Shown here: positions 9,309-19,433 of the stretch, in pieces
Position numbering within the stretch: the stretch's first letter is position 1
How the letters are laid out: each line of letters begins with the position of its first letter
Source of the DNA: a virus
Lineage: Duplodnaviria > Caudoviricetes
Virus record (IMG/VR): IMGVR_UViG_3300006737_000110
Span: 1-30,758 of that record
Direction: 5' to 3' (one strand)
DNA length: 30,758 nucleotides
Made by a program: the position numbers and the translations under genes
The notes under the pieces: generated by a model
Database searches by the model: none
Told to the model about the DNA's origin: nothing
The model's input: only the letters and a program-made list of their open reading frames with translations

Positions 9309-10742
9309 ATGGCAATTACACCAGGAGGTAGTTTAAATAGCACGCCGCTTCCACAGAAGCAAACGCTATCTACAAACTACATAGATTTTACAGCTGAAGC
9401 TACAGCAGGATGGGCTCAGCAATATCTGCCTGACTTAATGGAAAAAGAAGCTGAGGTTTTCGGTAACAGAACAATCGCAGGTTTCCTTTCTCAAGTTGGA
9501 GCAGAAGAGGCTATGACCTCAGACCAAGTTATTTGGTCAGAACAAGGTAGGTTACACTTATCTTACAATGCAACTACGCATGGTTCAAACGAAACTTTTG
9601 ATGTTGGTAACGACATTGACGGTCAAACAGCAGGTGCTAATCACGGTATTAGAGTTAATGACACTGTTATAATGACTAGCGCTACTAAAACTGCTAGAGC
9701 AATTGTAACAACGGTTTCAGGAGCAACAGTTACTGTAGCTACTTACGATGGAGTAGATTTACAAACTGCTATCGGTGGTTCAACAGCTATCGTAGTGCTT
9801 GTTTATGGATCTGAGTACAAAAAAGGTGATAACGGTAGAAGTGGTGCTAACACTCCAAAGTTCCAAACTTACAAAAACAAGCCGATCATATTAAAAGACA
9901 AATATGAGATCTCAGGATCTGATGCGTCTGCTATTGGTTGGGTTGAAGTTTCAGGTGAGCAAGGACAAAATGGATACATGTGGTATTTAAAAGCTGAGGG
10001 AGACACTAGAGCTCGTTTTGCAGATTACTTAGAAATGTCTATGTTAGAATCAGTTGATGCAACTATTGCTTCAGGTTCTACAGGTGTTGACAACTTCTTA
10101 GGAACTGACAACGAAGGCTTATGGGGAACTCAAGGTTTGTTTGCTGCTATCGAAGCAAGAGGTAACATTACTTCGGGAGTTACAGGTGTTAACTGGGCTA
10201 CTGATTTAGCTGAGTTTGACGCTATTTTAGCTGAGTTTGATAAACAAGGTTCTATCGAAGAAAACATGATGTTTGTAAACAGATCTACTTCTTTAGCAAT
10301 AGATGACATGTTAGCTGGTATCAACGGTGGTTACGCTGGAGGTGCTTCTTTCGGTGTGTTTGAAAACGATGCTGATATGGCTTTAAATTTAGGTTTCTCT
10401 GGATTCAGAAGAGGTTCTTATGACTTCTATAAGTCTGATTTCAAATACTTAAACGACAAAGGTACTAGAGGTGGTTTATTAGACACTGTTAACGCTATCA
10501 GAGGGGTTATTATCCCAGCTGGTGTTTCTTCAGTGTACGACCAACAACTAGGAAAGAATCTTAAGAGACCATTCTTACACGTTAGATATAGATCTTCTCA
10601 AACTGACGATAGAAGAATGAAGACTTGGGTTACTGGTTCCGTTGGAGCTGTAACATCTGACTTAGATGCGATGGAAGTACATTATTTATCTGAAAGATGT
10701 TTAATTACTCAAGGTGCTAACAACTTTATGTTAATGAAGTAA
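9309..10742 (+). CDS. Major capsid protein (HK97-like fold, crAss-like type)
   Basis: 477 aa with WSEQGRLH, YGSEYKKG, NKPIILKDKYEISGSD and HYLSERCLITQGANNF. Codon usage is biased towards GCT/GGT/TTC/AAC as in highly expressed genes. Follows the scaffold and precedes a terminator. Confidence 0.88.
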   Translation: MAITPGGSLNSTPLPQKQTLSTNYIDFTAEATAGWAQQYLPDLMEKEAEVFGNRTIAGFLSQVGAEEAMTSDQVIWSEQGRLHLSYNATTHGSNETFDVGNDIDGQTAGANHGIRVNDTVIMTSATKTARAIVTTVSGATVTVATYDGVDLQTAIGGSTAIVVLVYGSEYKKGDNGRSGANTPKFQTYKNKPIILKDKYEISGSDASAIGWVEVSGEQGQNGYMWYLKAEGDTRARFADYLEMSMLESVDATIASGSTGVDNFLGTDNEGLWGTQGLFAAIEARGNITSGVTGVNWATDLAEFDAILAEFDKQGSIEENMMFVNRSTSLAIDDMLAGINGGYAGGASFGVFENDADMALNLGFSGFRRGSYDFYKSDFKYLNDKGTRGGLLDTVNAIRGVIIPAGVSSVYDQQLGKNLKRPFLHVRYRSSQTDDRRMKTWVTGSVGAVTSDLDAMEVHYLSERCLITQGANNFMLMK

Positions 10743-10757
10743 GCACTTATTTATACT

Positions 10758-10790
10758 AAAAGACCGGGGCTTCGGCCTCGGCCTTTTTAT
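10758..10790 (+). terminator. Rho-independent terminator after the major capsid gene
   Basis: AAAAGA-CCGGGGC-TTCG-GCCTCGG-CCTTTTTAT: GC-rich stem with a cUUCGg tetraloop followed by a T-tract. Confidence 0.9.
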
Positions 10791-10816
10791 TTATTAATTT
10801 TATTATATATTATATT

Positions 10817-11656
10817 ATGGCAAAGAAAAAAGAAACAAAAAAACAAGAAGTAACCGAAGAGGTTACTCAGGTTGTAGAACAACCAAAGGTTGAAACAGAG
10901 GTTATGGAAAAACCATTACCTACACCAAAAAAAGACACTTGGGAAATAAAAGATAGAACTTATTTTTTAACAAGTACTACAAATCCAATAAGTAGAAGCG
11001 TTAGATCTGCAAACATATACTACTTTGACGAAGAAAAAGGATATGAAAGAGAGCTGAAGTATTGCGAAAACCAAAGAACGCCTTTTGTTGACGAGATGAA
11101 AGGAGATCAAAGACTTTCTCACATTATTTTTAGAGATGGATCGTTGACAGTTCCTAAGAACAAACAAACACTTCAAAAACTACTTTCTCTTTATCATCCA
11201 CATAGAGATAGTCTTTACAAAGAACATAAACCTATTAGAGACGCTGAGGATCATTTAGACTGGCTAGAGTTTGAGGTTGCGGCTATGAATGCTGCTAACA
11301 ACTTAGATGTAGATATGGCAGAAGCAGTTATGCGTGTAGAAAAAGGTTCTGAGGTGTCTAAGATGAGTTCTAAGGAACTTAAAAGAGATCTTATGTTGTT
11401 TGCTAAGCGAAGTCCTAAACTTTTCTTAGAATTAGTCACTGATGAAAACGTGATGTTGAGAAACTTCGGTATTAGAGCTATGGAAGCAGGGATAATTGAA
11501 CTATCAGGAGATCAAAGAACTTTTACGTGGAAAAGCACTGGTAGAAAATTAATGAACGTTCCCTACGAAGAACACCCGTACTCAGCTTTAGCCGCTTGGT
11601 TTAAAACTGACGAAGGAATGGAGATTTACTCAAATATAGAAAAAAGATTAAATTAA
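10817..11656 (+). CDS. Conserved structural/assembly protein downstream of the capsid gene
   Basis: 279-aa ORF with a K/E-rich N-terminus and a strong AT-rich leader. Position is typical of the post-capsid gene in crAss-like head modules. Confidence 0.6.
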   Translation: MAKKKETKKQEVTEEVTQVVEQPKVETEVMEKPLPTPKKDTWEIKDRTYFLTSTTNPISRSVRSANIYYFDEEKGYERELKYCENQRTPFVDEMKGDQRLSHIIFRDGSLTVPKNKQTLQKLLSLYHPHRDSLYKEHKPIRDAEDHLDWLEFEVAAMNAANNLDVDMAEAVMRVEKGSEVSKMSSKELKRDLMLFAKRSPKLFLELVTDENVMLRNFGIRAMEAGIIELSGDQRTFTWKSTGRKLMNVPYEEHPYSALAAWFKTDEGMEIYSNIEKRLN

Positions 11657-11662
11657 TCTAAC

Positions 11663-11700
11663 TGTAGAGCGGTCGCCCTACGGGGCGATCGTAAACTACA
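11663..11700 (+). promoter_or_regulatory. Intergenic stable RNA hairpin with cUACGg tetraloop and no U-tract
   Basis: TGTAG-AG-CGGTCGCCC-TACG-GGGCGATCG-TAAA-CTACA: a 9-bp inner stem with one G-U pair, an internal loop and a 5-bp outer stem. Confidence 0.75.
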
Positions 11701-11715
11701 AATAAAAAATAAATT

Positions 11716-12438
11716 ATGGCGGTAAGTATAGATACTGTGTATCAAAGAGTTTTAGCAATATGCAACAAAGAACAAAGAGGATATATAACGCCTCAAGAAT
11801 TTAACTTAATGGCTAATCAGGCTCAAATGTCTATATATAATCAGTATATACATGATATAAGACTAGCGCATACTGAGCATGGTAACGATACCGAATACTC
11901 TAACGAGTTAGATCTGTTAAACGAAAAATTAGCGCCCTTTGAAACTGTTCAAGCGGCCGCATCTATAGCTAACGGGTTGACAACATTACCAACACACGAT
12001 TATTTAGGTAGTGTAAATTATGTAACTACATCTAAAACTGTAGAAGTACAAGAAGTAAGAAAGAACGAAGCTACTTATATAAACGCATCGCCATTAGCAG
12101 CGCCTAATTCTACTAGGCCAATATACACTAGAGTCAACGCTACTCAAGTGCAAATATACCCAACTAACTTAACGACAACTGCATCTGAAATATCATGCAA
12201 TATACTTAGTGCTCCTACTAGGTCTAACGGTACGGATGCTAGATGGGGTTATGCAGTTGTAGGAGAGAAAGCTTTATATAACGTAGACGAAACAACTGAC
12301 TTTATGTTACACTCATCAGAAGAGTCGCATTTAGTTATAAAAATATTAGAACTAGCAGGGATAACGCTTAATAAACCAGCGTTAGCTCAATTAGCTGGGG
12401 CAGAAGAAGGTCAAATTATAGCTCAACAAAAACAATAA
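11716..12438 (+). CDS. Putative head-tail adaptor / tail ring protein (P22 gp4 / T7 gp11-like position)
   Basis: N-terminal SIDTVYQRVLAICNKEQRGYITPQEFNLMANQAQ helices, a beta-rich middle and a helical C-terminus, in adaptor position. Confidence 0.65.
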   Translation: MAVSIDTVYQRVLAICNKEQRGYITPQEFNLMANQAQMSIYNQYIHDIRLAHTEHGNDTEYSNELDLLNEKLAPFETVQAAASIANGLTTLPTHDYLGSVNYVTTSKTVEVQEVRKNEATYINASPLAAPNSTRPIYTRVNATQVQIYPTNLTTTASEISCNILSAPTRSNGTDARWGYAVVGEKALYNVDETTDFMLHSSEESHLVIKILELAGITLNKPALAQLAGAEEGQIIAQQKQ

Positions 12439-12441
12439 TAA

Positions 12442-13362
12442 ATGGGATTAATAAACACAACGCAACAAGCTTATTATTCTGGAGATGATTTTGGTTCTTA
12501 TCAATTCATATCCTTAGAAGATATTATAAATAACTTTATAGTTGCTTATGTAGGAGAAGGAAAAATAATAAGTAGAATAAAAAGAAGTGATGTTCAGTTT
12601 CACGCTATGAGAGGCTTACAAGAGCTTTCTTTTGATACTTTTAAATCTACAAAATCTCAAGAGATAGAAATACCACCATCTTTAACTATGGTACTACCGC
12701 AAGATTACGTTAACTATGTAAAGATATGTTGGTCAGATGAGCATGGTATTGAAAGAACTATATATCCAGCTTCTAAAACATCAAATCCATTTGCAATTGA
12801 TCAATCGTCTGGAGGTTTTTCAGATAACGATAGTAATTACAATTTAAGTGCTACTTCAAACTTTGAAGATTTAGCAGAGCAAGACCCTACAGGACACAAG
12901 TCTGACACGTGGAATAAATACAAGTCTGATTCTTTAGCAAACACAAACACTGGTAATGTTAGCGACGATGAAGATGACGATCTTTACGACTTCAATAAAG
13001 GACAAAGATATGGTATAGACCCTCAGTTCGCGCAGTCTAACGGCTCGTTTTTTATAGACGAAAATACAGGAAAAATTCATTTTAGCTCTAATATTAACGG
13101 AAAAACTGTGATCTTAAAATACATAAGCGACGGTTTAGGAACAGACGCTGAAATGCAGGTTCATAAATTTGCAGAAGAAGCTATGTATAAACATATAGCA
13201 CATTCTGTGTTAGCAACAAGGTCTCAAGTGCCAGAATATTTAGTTGCTAGATTTAAAAAAGAAAAATTTGCAGAGACAAGAAAAGCTAAATTAAGACTTT
13301 CTAATATAAAAATAGAAGAAATAACTCAGGTATTTAGAGGAAAGTCTAAACAAATAAAATAA
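12442..13362 (+). CDS. Putative tail ring / tubular structural protein
   Basis: Contains LPQDYVNYVKI (adaptor-like LP.DY motif) and VILKYISDGL...VHKFAEEAMYKHI. Lies between the adaptor and stabilization genes. Confidence 0.65.
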   Translation: MGLINTTQQAYYSGDDFGSYQFISLEDIINNFIVAYVGEGKIISRIKRSDVQFHAMRGLQELSFDTFKSTKSQEIEIPPSLTMVLPQDYVNYVKICWSDEHGIERTIYPASKTSNPFAIDQSSGGFSDNDSNYNLSATSNFEDLAEQDPTGHKSDTWNKYKSDSLANTNTGNVSDDEDDDLYDFNKGQRYGIDPQFAQSNGSFFIDENTGKIHFSSNINGKTVILKYISDGLGTDAEMQVHKFAEEAMYKHIAHSVLATRSQVPEYLVARFKKEKFAETRKAKLRLSNIKIEEITQVFRGKSKQIK

Positions 13363-13366
13363 TAAT

Positions 13367-16300
13367 ATGCCGGATTTAAATCAGAACTTTATTAAAGGTC
13401 GAATGAACAAAGACCTTGATGAAAGGCTAGTGCCTAACGGAGAGTATAGAGACGCCTTGAACGTTGAGGCCTCTACGTCTGAAGCTTCCGAGGTTGGTAC
13501 CGTGCAAACTTTAGTCGGTAACACAGCTAAAGGAACTAGCTTGAGAGGTTCTTGTGTTGGTTCTATTGCTGACGAAAAAACCAATAAAATATATTATTTA
13601 GTATCTTCTCCAGATAATTTTAAAGACGCTATTATAGAGTACAACTCCGAAGACGAAACAGAAAAGCCTGTTTTAGTAGATATTTATAGCGTAGAAATTC
13701 CATTGACGTTAATAGCAGGTTCTAATGACCACGTTGTTTTATCGCCTTTGGAAGCTGTCAATATAAGAGTAGGCATGACAGTCACAGGTACTTTAGGAGG
13801 TGTTACTTACGCCGCTAGTGACAATGTTTACGTTTCTAGAATTACACTTTCTGGTCAAAACTATAATGTTTATTTAGAGCAAGTTGTAACGAATGTTATT
13901 CTAAATAACTTTCCTTCTTCCGTTGGAGACCAAGTAACCTTTACTTCTGAGAGGGTTTTAAACTTCGAAAAAGACGAATACGTAACAGGTATAAATGTTA
14001 TTGATAATTTTTTATTTTGGACTGACAATAAATACGAACCAAAACAAATAAAAATAGATAGATGTATACAAGGTACTGTAGATATAAACACGCACACTAA
14101 ATTAAAAATACAAGATCCAACAACTTTCTCTTTACAGACAATAAATTACGGCTTAGGTAAAGATTTTATAAACGAATCTCACATAACAGTTGTAAAAAAA
14201 TCCCCATTAAAACCTCCCTATCTTAAGATGTTTGACACTAAAGCAGATAGAGTGCATGGTATATACGCGGAGTTTTCTAATCACGACTTTACAGAATTTA
14301 ATAACTTCAATGTTTTAGTTAACGTTTCTCCAGGAGAAATGTTGATAGCTAAACAAACTGTTTCTAACGTTTCTTTTAAAGAAGGAGATGTTGTTTTAGC
14401 TACTAATGATTCTTTAGTGGGACAAGGGCAATCATCTTTCGCTTCACATGAGATTAGATTAGAAGTTGTAGGTACTTATGCTGGGCAATTTAATCAATAT
14501 GATTTTAAAGTACTTTCAATAACTTCTACTCCTTTAATCGCTCCTACCGCTACTAGTCCTATACCTTGGTATTTATTGCTAGATCAAGAAAAAGCAATGT
14601 TTGAGTTTAAGTTTCCTAGATTTGGGTATAGATATAAGTATACCGACGGGGAATACTCAGCTTTCTCTCCTTTTTCAGAACCAGCCTTTATGCCTGGATC
14701 TTTTGATTACTTACCTCAAAAAGGATATAATCTTGGTATGGTTAACAACTTAAGAAGGCTAAAAATACAAGACTTTGTTTTAGAACCAGCTTTATTGCCA
14801 AAAGGCGTTGTTGCTATAGATATACTTTACAAAGAATCAAACTCTCCAAACGTATATACCGTTAAAACTATTTTATACGAAGATGAAGAATGGAACGCCG
14901 CTGGATCGGGTGGATTAATGAAAGGGTCTACACTTATAGAGTCAGAAATGATATACGCTACGCTTCCGGCTAACCAACTTTTAAGACCATGGGACAACGT
15001 TCCTAGAAAAGCCTTGGGGCAAGAAATGAGTGGTAATAGAATTATATATGCTAACTACTTGCAAAATTATAATCTAGTAGATATAAATAATAAAGAAATA
15101 AAAATAGACGTGGTAGGTGGTTTGGAATCAGCTGTAGTTGATGCTTTAGAAGTCAAAACGCCTGGTAAATCTGTTAAGTCTCTTAGAACTTATCAGTTAG
15201 GTATTGTATATAGAGACAAGTATGGAAGAGAAACTCCTGTTTTAGCTCCTTCCAGCATAGATGATAACACAGAAGCTACGGTTGGTACAATAGAAGTCCC
15301 AAAAGGTATGGCTGATAATTACAATAAGCTAACCGCTAGAGTTAAAAACAAACCGCCTAAATGGGCTGATACTTATAAGTTTTTTATTAAAGAAACTTCT
15401 AACGAGTACTATAATTTAGCAATGGATCGTTGGTACGATGCCGAGGATGGTAACGTGTGGCTTTCTTTCCCTTCTTCTGAAAGAAACAAAGTGCAAGAAG
15501 ATACGTTTTTAATATTGAAGAAGCAGCATGATAATGATATTTTTGTAGCAGAACCTAGTAGATACAAAGTTTTAGCAATAGAAGACAACGCTCCTCAATT
15601 TGTAAAAAAATCAATAAGTAGCTTTGGATCTGTTATTATGACTTGGATAACTGGTGGTGAGCCATTAGAAGACTACACGCAACTTTACGCGGATGCAACT
15701 GCTTTTGGAAACTCTAGTTTAGCCGAGTCGATAGGGCAAACAGATTTAAAGTTAAGAATAAAGAATTCCTCTAACTCGAGTAATTGGTATGAAGTTAACG
15801 GTATACAAAAAAGTGTTCAAGGTAATTATTATCTTATTAATTTAGACAAAAAACTAGAAGAAGAACTAAACGTTTTTTTAGATTCTAATGGAGCTTTAGT
15901 ATCGGGATTAGAACTTGAAATAGCTAAAAACATATTTAAAGAAAAGCCTGAGTTTGATGGTAGATTTTTTGTTAAAATATATAAAGACGTTGCTTTGTCA
16001 ACTAATATACTTAGAACTCTAGATTCAGAGCCTCAATTCGCTATTAAATCTGCTAAACACCACTTTTATTTAAACAATACTCAAGGTAGAGATGCCGAGT
16101 GGTGGCAAGAGGCTTGGAATAGAACAGACTTTTTTATAGACGCAGAATCTAGAGGGTTGGTTGGCCAAGGAAGTGCCGTCCCGTTACCTGGTTATTTAAA
16201 CCACATACTTAATCCTAGCCTTAATCTTAATAGTAGTTTCTACGCTGGTGTTGGTGGTAATTTCCCTGCTGATGATGGCTATGGTATTGGAGGTAATAGA

Positions 16301-19300
16301 CCTTGGAATATGAGCGGATCGCCTACGTTAGGTAGTATGCATTTTTCAGGCACAGCTACTAACGTGTCTTGGCAAGCGGCGTGTATGGAGATATCGGTAT
16401 CTAAACTTGAAGAAGGTATTAGCTATAAAGAAGCCGAAGCTTTTAGTTTAATAAACACGAATCAATACACATTTTGGAATCAGTTAAAAGCTGTTGGAAC
16501 GCTGTTTAGATGGCAGAACGATCCAGACGGTGTTATTTACAAAGTAATTGGTTATGCCGACTCTGGTGATCCAGGACCTCCATTCGCTGGCACAAACGGT
16601 AGAGGTATATTAAATTATAGCTCTGCTAATGCTTGGCTTACTGGTGGAAACGCAAATCACTGGGACGAGGACGATAACAAGTCTCGTAGACTATATCTAT
16701 ACTTCACAACATCGGACGAGGGTTGGGTAAAAGACTCACAGTTAACCACGGTGAGCATCAACGGTGTAGCAAACACTAATGTAGACAAGTACTACTCTAA
16801 TCCTGCTTTCGCCAATCTACTACCACACTGGCACCCTGATTCTAACTGGGCACAGTTACCTCCAGCAATGTTTGATCCTACGAGAAACTTCTCAACAGGC
16901 GTTGATACTGGTAGTATCGAGCACAATGAACCTAGTCATGCTTTAACATCTTCTCAATTAGGGAATGCTAACGTAGCTTTAACACAAACTATTAAAAATA
17001 GCTATACTAATACTATAGAGATAATAGACGTGTTTTATGATGAAGATGGTTCTTATTCAAGCACGAACCCAGCAATATGGGAGACAGAGCCAAAAGAAAA
17101 TATAGACTTAGATATTTACTATGAATCAAGTCAAGCCTTTCCTTTAGAACTAAACGCTGACACAAACGAATCTTTTGCTAATTACGGGTCTATTGTCACT
17201 GTAGAAAACCCTAGCTCAACATTAGCCACAGGAACAACCGTAACAGACTGGAGTGACAACACCGTTACGCTTTCTAATGTAAACACTTTGCTTAACCAAA
17301 GCGACATTCTATCTTTTGAAAGAGTCGACGGAAGTATTACAAGAGCTAGAATAAGCGCGTTGTCAGGAACAAACGGTGTTATTTTAGATAGAAAAATTTG
17401 GGACAAAAAACACACTTTAAGTTGGTTTAATTGTTACGCGTTTGGAAATGGAGTTGAGTCAAATAGAATTAGAGATGATTACAACGCGGTTATGATAGAT
17501 AAAGGACCTAAAGCGTCTATGACCTTGGCAGAGCAATATAAAGAAGAAAGAAGGTCAAACGGTTTAATATACTCCGGTATATATAACTCTATTAGCGGTG
17601 TAAATAATCTAAATCAATTTATACAAGCAGAACCTATAACTAAAGATTTAAATCCTAGATTTGGTAGCATACAAAAACTTCACTCTAGAGACACTGATAT
17701 AGTTGCTTTATGTGAAGATAAGGTTTTAAAAATATTATCAGAAAAAGACGCGGTTTTTAACGCTGATGGTAACACTAATTTAACGGCGACAAACAAAGTA
17801 TTGGGGCAAGTTATACCCTACACTGGAGAATATGGTATATCTAAAAATCCAGAATCTTTTGCTTACCAAGCTTATAGATCTTATTTTTCAGACAAAGCAA
17901 GAGGAGTTGTTTTAAGACTTTCTAAAGATGGTTTAACGCCAATATCAGAACATGGTATGAAGGACTTTTTCGCCGACCACTTAACTCACGCTAAGAAGAT
18001 AGTTGGTAGTTACGACGATAAAAAATCTTCGTATAATATATCTTTAAAATCTTTAACTTCAAATCCAAGAGACATTACTGTTTCGACTACATCTCTAGTG
18101 CTCAATACAACCGAGGTTCCTTCAAGCGGAAACGCTTTGGGTAACTGGTTTAGATATGGTGGCTTAGTAGATAATTGGGCTAAAGCTATAGAAACTGGTG
18201 CTTTTAATAACAACATCGCTAATCCAAATGGAGCAGCAGCTGGAACAGTTGGAGCTATAACGCCGCACGAAAGAGGCTGGGCTGGTATAGCGGCTGGAAC
18301 ACCAACGCATCCAACCGGAGTAGAGCATGGTATACCATCTCCAAATGGTAATAATCCAAACCTAACAAATCCTATAACTTTATACTTTGATAAAATAACA
18401 TCTGGGCATGTTTTAGCTCCAGCTTTTGATTCTACTTCAAACTGGAACTCTTTAATAAGCTCGTTAAATACGAATGGAGCAAACAACGTTTACTTGTATC
18501 AAACTTATTTACACGCAAACTATCCTAGTTTAGCTTCTAATGTTAATGCGTTTCAAAATTTTCCAAATAACTGGAGCTACGTTCATCAACCTGAAACTGT
18601 TTATTCTATAGAAAGCATAACGTATGACGCTGTTTCTGGTACTTATAAAGTAGTTTTAAATTGGTTGGTTGGTTATAGTGGTTTTCAAGATTTCAATACT
18701 TTTAAATGGTCTTTAACAGGTCCTTTTGACGAAACAACAGGCTTGAACTCTAATCAAGCTAGTGGTAATAGCAGTAAACAAACGGAGAGCTATACTGTTA
18801 CCTTTTCAGACAAAACTAACGGGTGGATTAGTTTTAAATCTTGGATAATAGACAGCGGGTTAAGTTTAAATAATAAATTTTATACTTTGCCAGACAGCAC
18901 TTATCATACCAACGACTCTTCAGGTTATCTTTGGGAACATAGAACAAACAGTTTGAGAAACAATTTCTATGGAGAACAAAAAGCCTCTGAAATAGAGTTT
19001 TATCTTAATGGTTCTCCTGACGTTGTAAAAAGTTTATTGTCTCTTAGTTATTCAGGGACTCAAAGTAGAATATCAAAAAACGTACTTACAGGAACAGATA
19101 TTAACAACAATAATCAATTTGACGCGGAGTACTATAATAATTTTGATCACTATGGTTGGTTTGCGAGCTCGATAGAAACAGACTTACAAAGTGGTAATGA
19201 ACTAGAGTTTAAAGAAAAAGAAGGGAAATGGTTCGCTGCTATGCGTGGAGAAAAAACATACTTTAACTCGGCGTCAGATACTAACATAGACATGTCTGAG

Positions 19301-19423
19301 TTTTCTTTCCAAGGTATCGGCAAGGCTTCTTCTATAACTATGAACAACGACAATGGAGGACCTATAGACCCGAGTCCAACAGCTTTCACTATAACAATAA
19401 AAGACGATCCTAGCGATCATTAA
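13367..19423 (+). CDS. Tail stabilization / nozzle (muzzle) protein, P22 gp10-like, with large insertions
   Basis: N-terminal FIKGRMNKDLDERLVPNGEYRDALN, LFWTDNKYEPKQI, YQLGIVYRDKYGRETPV, GEYGISKNPESFA...YFSDKARGVVLRLS and C-terminal FKEKEGKWFA are motifs of crAss-like stabilization proteins. 2018 aa. Confidence 0.8.
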   Translation: MPDLNQNFIKGRMNKDLDERLVPNGEYRDALNVEASTSEASEVGTVQTLVGNTAKGTSLRGSCVGSIADEKTNKIYYLVSSPDNFKDAIIEYNSEDETEKPVLVDIYSVEIPLTLIAGSNDHVVLSPLEAVNIRVGMTVTGTLGGVTYAASDNVYVSRITLSGQNYNVYLEQVVTNVILNNFPSSVGDQVTFTSERVLNFEKDEYVTGINVIDNFLFWTDNKYEPKQIKIDRCIQGTVDINTHTKLKIQDPTTFSLQTINYGLGKDFINESHITVVKKSPLKPPYLKMFDTKADRVHGIYAEFSNHDFTEFNNFNVLVNVSPGEMLIAKQTVSNVSFKEGDVVLATNDSLVGQGQSSFASHEIRLEVVGTYAGQFNQYDFKVLSITSTPLIAPTATSPIPWYLLLDQEKAMFEFKFPRFGYRYKYTDGEYSAFSPFSEPAFMPGSFDYLPQKGYNLGMVNNLRRLKIQDFVLEPALLPKGVVAIDILYKESNSPNVYTVKTILYEDEEWNAAGSGGLMKGSTLIESEMIYATLPANQLLRPWDNVPRKALGQEMSGNRIIYANYLQNYNLVDINNKEIKIDVVGGLESAVVDALEVKTPGKSVKSLRTYQLGIVYRDKYGRETPVLAPSSIDDNTEATVGTIEVPKGMADNYNKLTARVKNKPPKWADTYKFFIKETSNEYYNLAMDRWYDAEDGNVWLSFPSSERNKVQEDTFLILKKQHDNDIFVAEPSRYKVLAIEDNAPQFVKKSISSFGSVIMTWITGGEPLEDYTQLYADATAFGNSSLAESIGQTDLKLRIKNSSNSSNWYEVNGIQKSVQGNYYLINLDKKLEEELNVFLDSNGALVSGLELEIAKNIFKEKPEFDGRFFVKIYKDVALSTNILRTLDSEPQFAIKSAKHHFYLNNTQGRDAEWWQEAWNRTDFFIDAESRGLVGQGSAVPLPGYLNHILNPSLNLNSSFYAGVGGNFPADDGYGIGGNRPWNMSGSPTLGSMHFSGTATNVSWQAACMEISVSKLEEGISYKEAEAFSLINTNQYTFWNQLKAVGTLFRWQNDPDGVIYKVIGYADSGDPGPPFAGTNGRGILNYSSANAWLTGGNANHWDEDDNKSRRLYLYFTTSDEGWVKDSQLTTVSINGVANTNVDKYYSNPAFANLLPHWHPDSNWAQLPPAMFDPTRNFSTGVDTGSIEHNEPSHALTSSQLGNANVALTQTIKNSYTNTIEIIDVFYDEDGSYSSTNPAIWETEPKENIDLDIYYESSQAFPLELNADTNESFANYGSIVTVENPSSTLATGTTVTDWSDNTVTLSNVNTLLNQSDILSFERVDGSITRARISALSGTNGVILDRKIWDKKHTLSWFNCYAFGNGVESNRIRDDYNAVMIDKGPKASMTLAEQYKEERRSNGLIYSGIYNSISGVNNLNQFIQAEPITKDLNPRFGSIQKLHSRDTDIVALCEDKVLKILSEKDAVFNADGNTNLTATNKVLGQVIPYTGEYGISKNPESFAYQAYRSYFSDKARGVVLRLSKDGLTPISEHGMKDFFADHLTHAKKIVGSYDDKKSSYNISLKSLTSNPRDITVSTTSLVLNTTEVPSSGNALGNWFRYGGLVDNWAKAIETGAFNNNIANPNGAAAGTVGAITPHERGWAGIAAGTPTHPTGVEHGIPSPNGNNPNLTNPITLYFDKITSGHVLAPAFDSTSNWNSLISSLNTNGANNVYLYQTYLHANYPSLASNVNAFQNFPNNWSYVHQPETVYSIESITYDAVSGTYKVVLNWLVGYSGFQDFNTFKWSLTGPFDETTGLNSNQASGNSSKQTESYTVTFSDKTNGWISFKSWIIDSGLSLNNKFYTLPDSTYHTNDSSGYLWEHRTNSLRNNFYGEQKASEIEFYLNGSPDVVKSLLSLSYSGTQSRISKNVLTGTDINNNNQFDAEYYNNFDHYGWFASSIETDLQSGNELEFKEKEGKWFAAMRGEKTYFNSASDTNIDMSEFSFQGIGKASSITMNNDNGGPIDPSPTAFTITIKDDPSDH

Positions 19424-19433
19424 AATTAAATAA

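Noticed and set aside
3485-10742. Introns or inteins in terminase, portal or capsid genes
   Set aside because: The ORFs are continuous with plausible lengths, and I saw no intein splice or homing endonuclease motifs.
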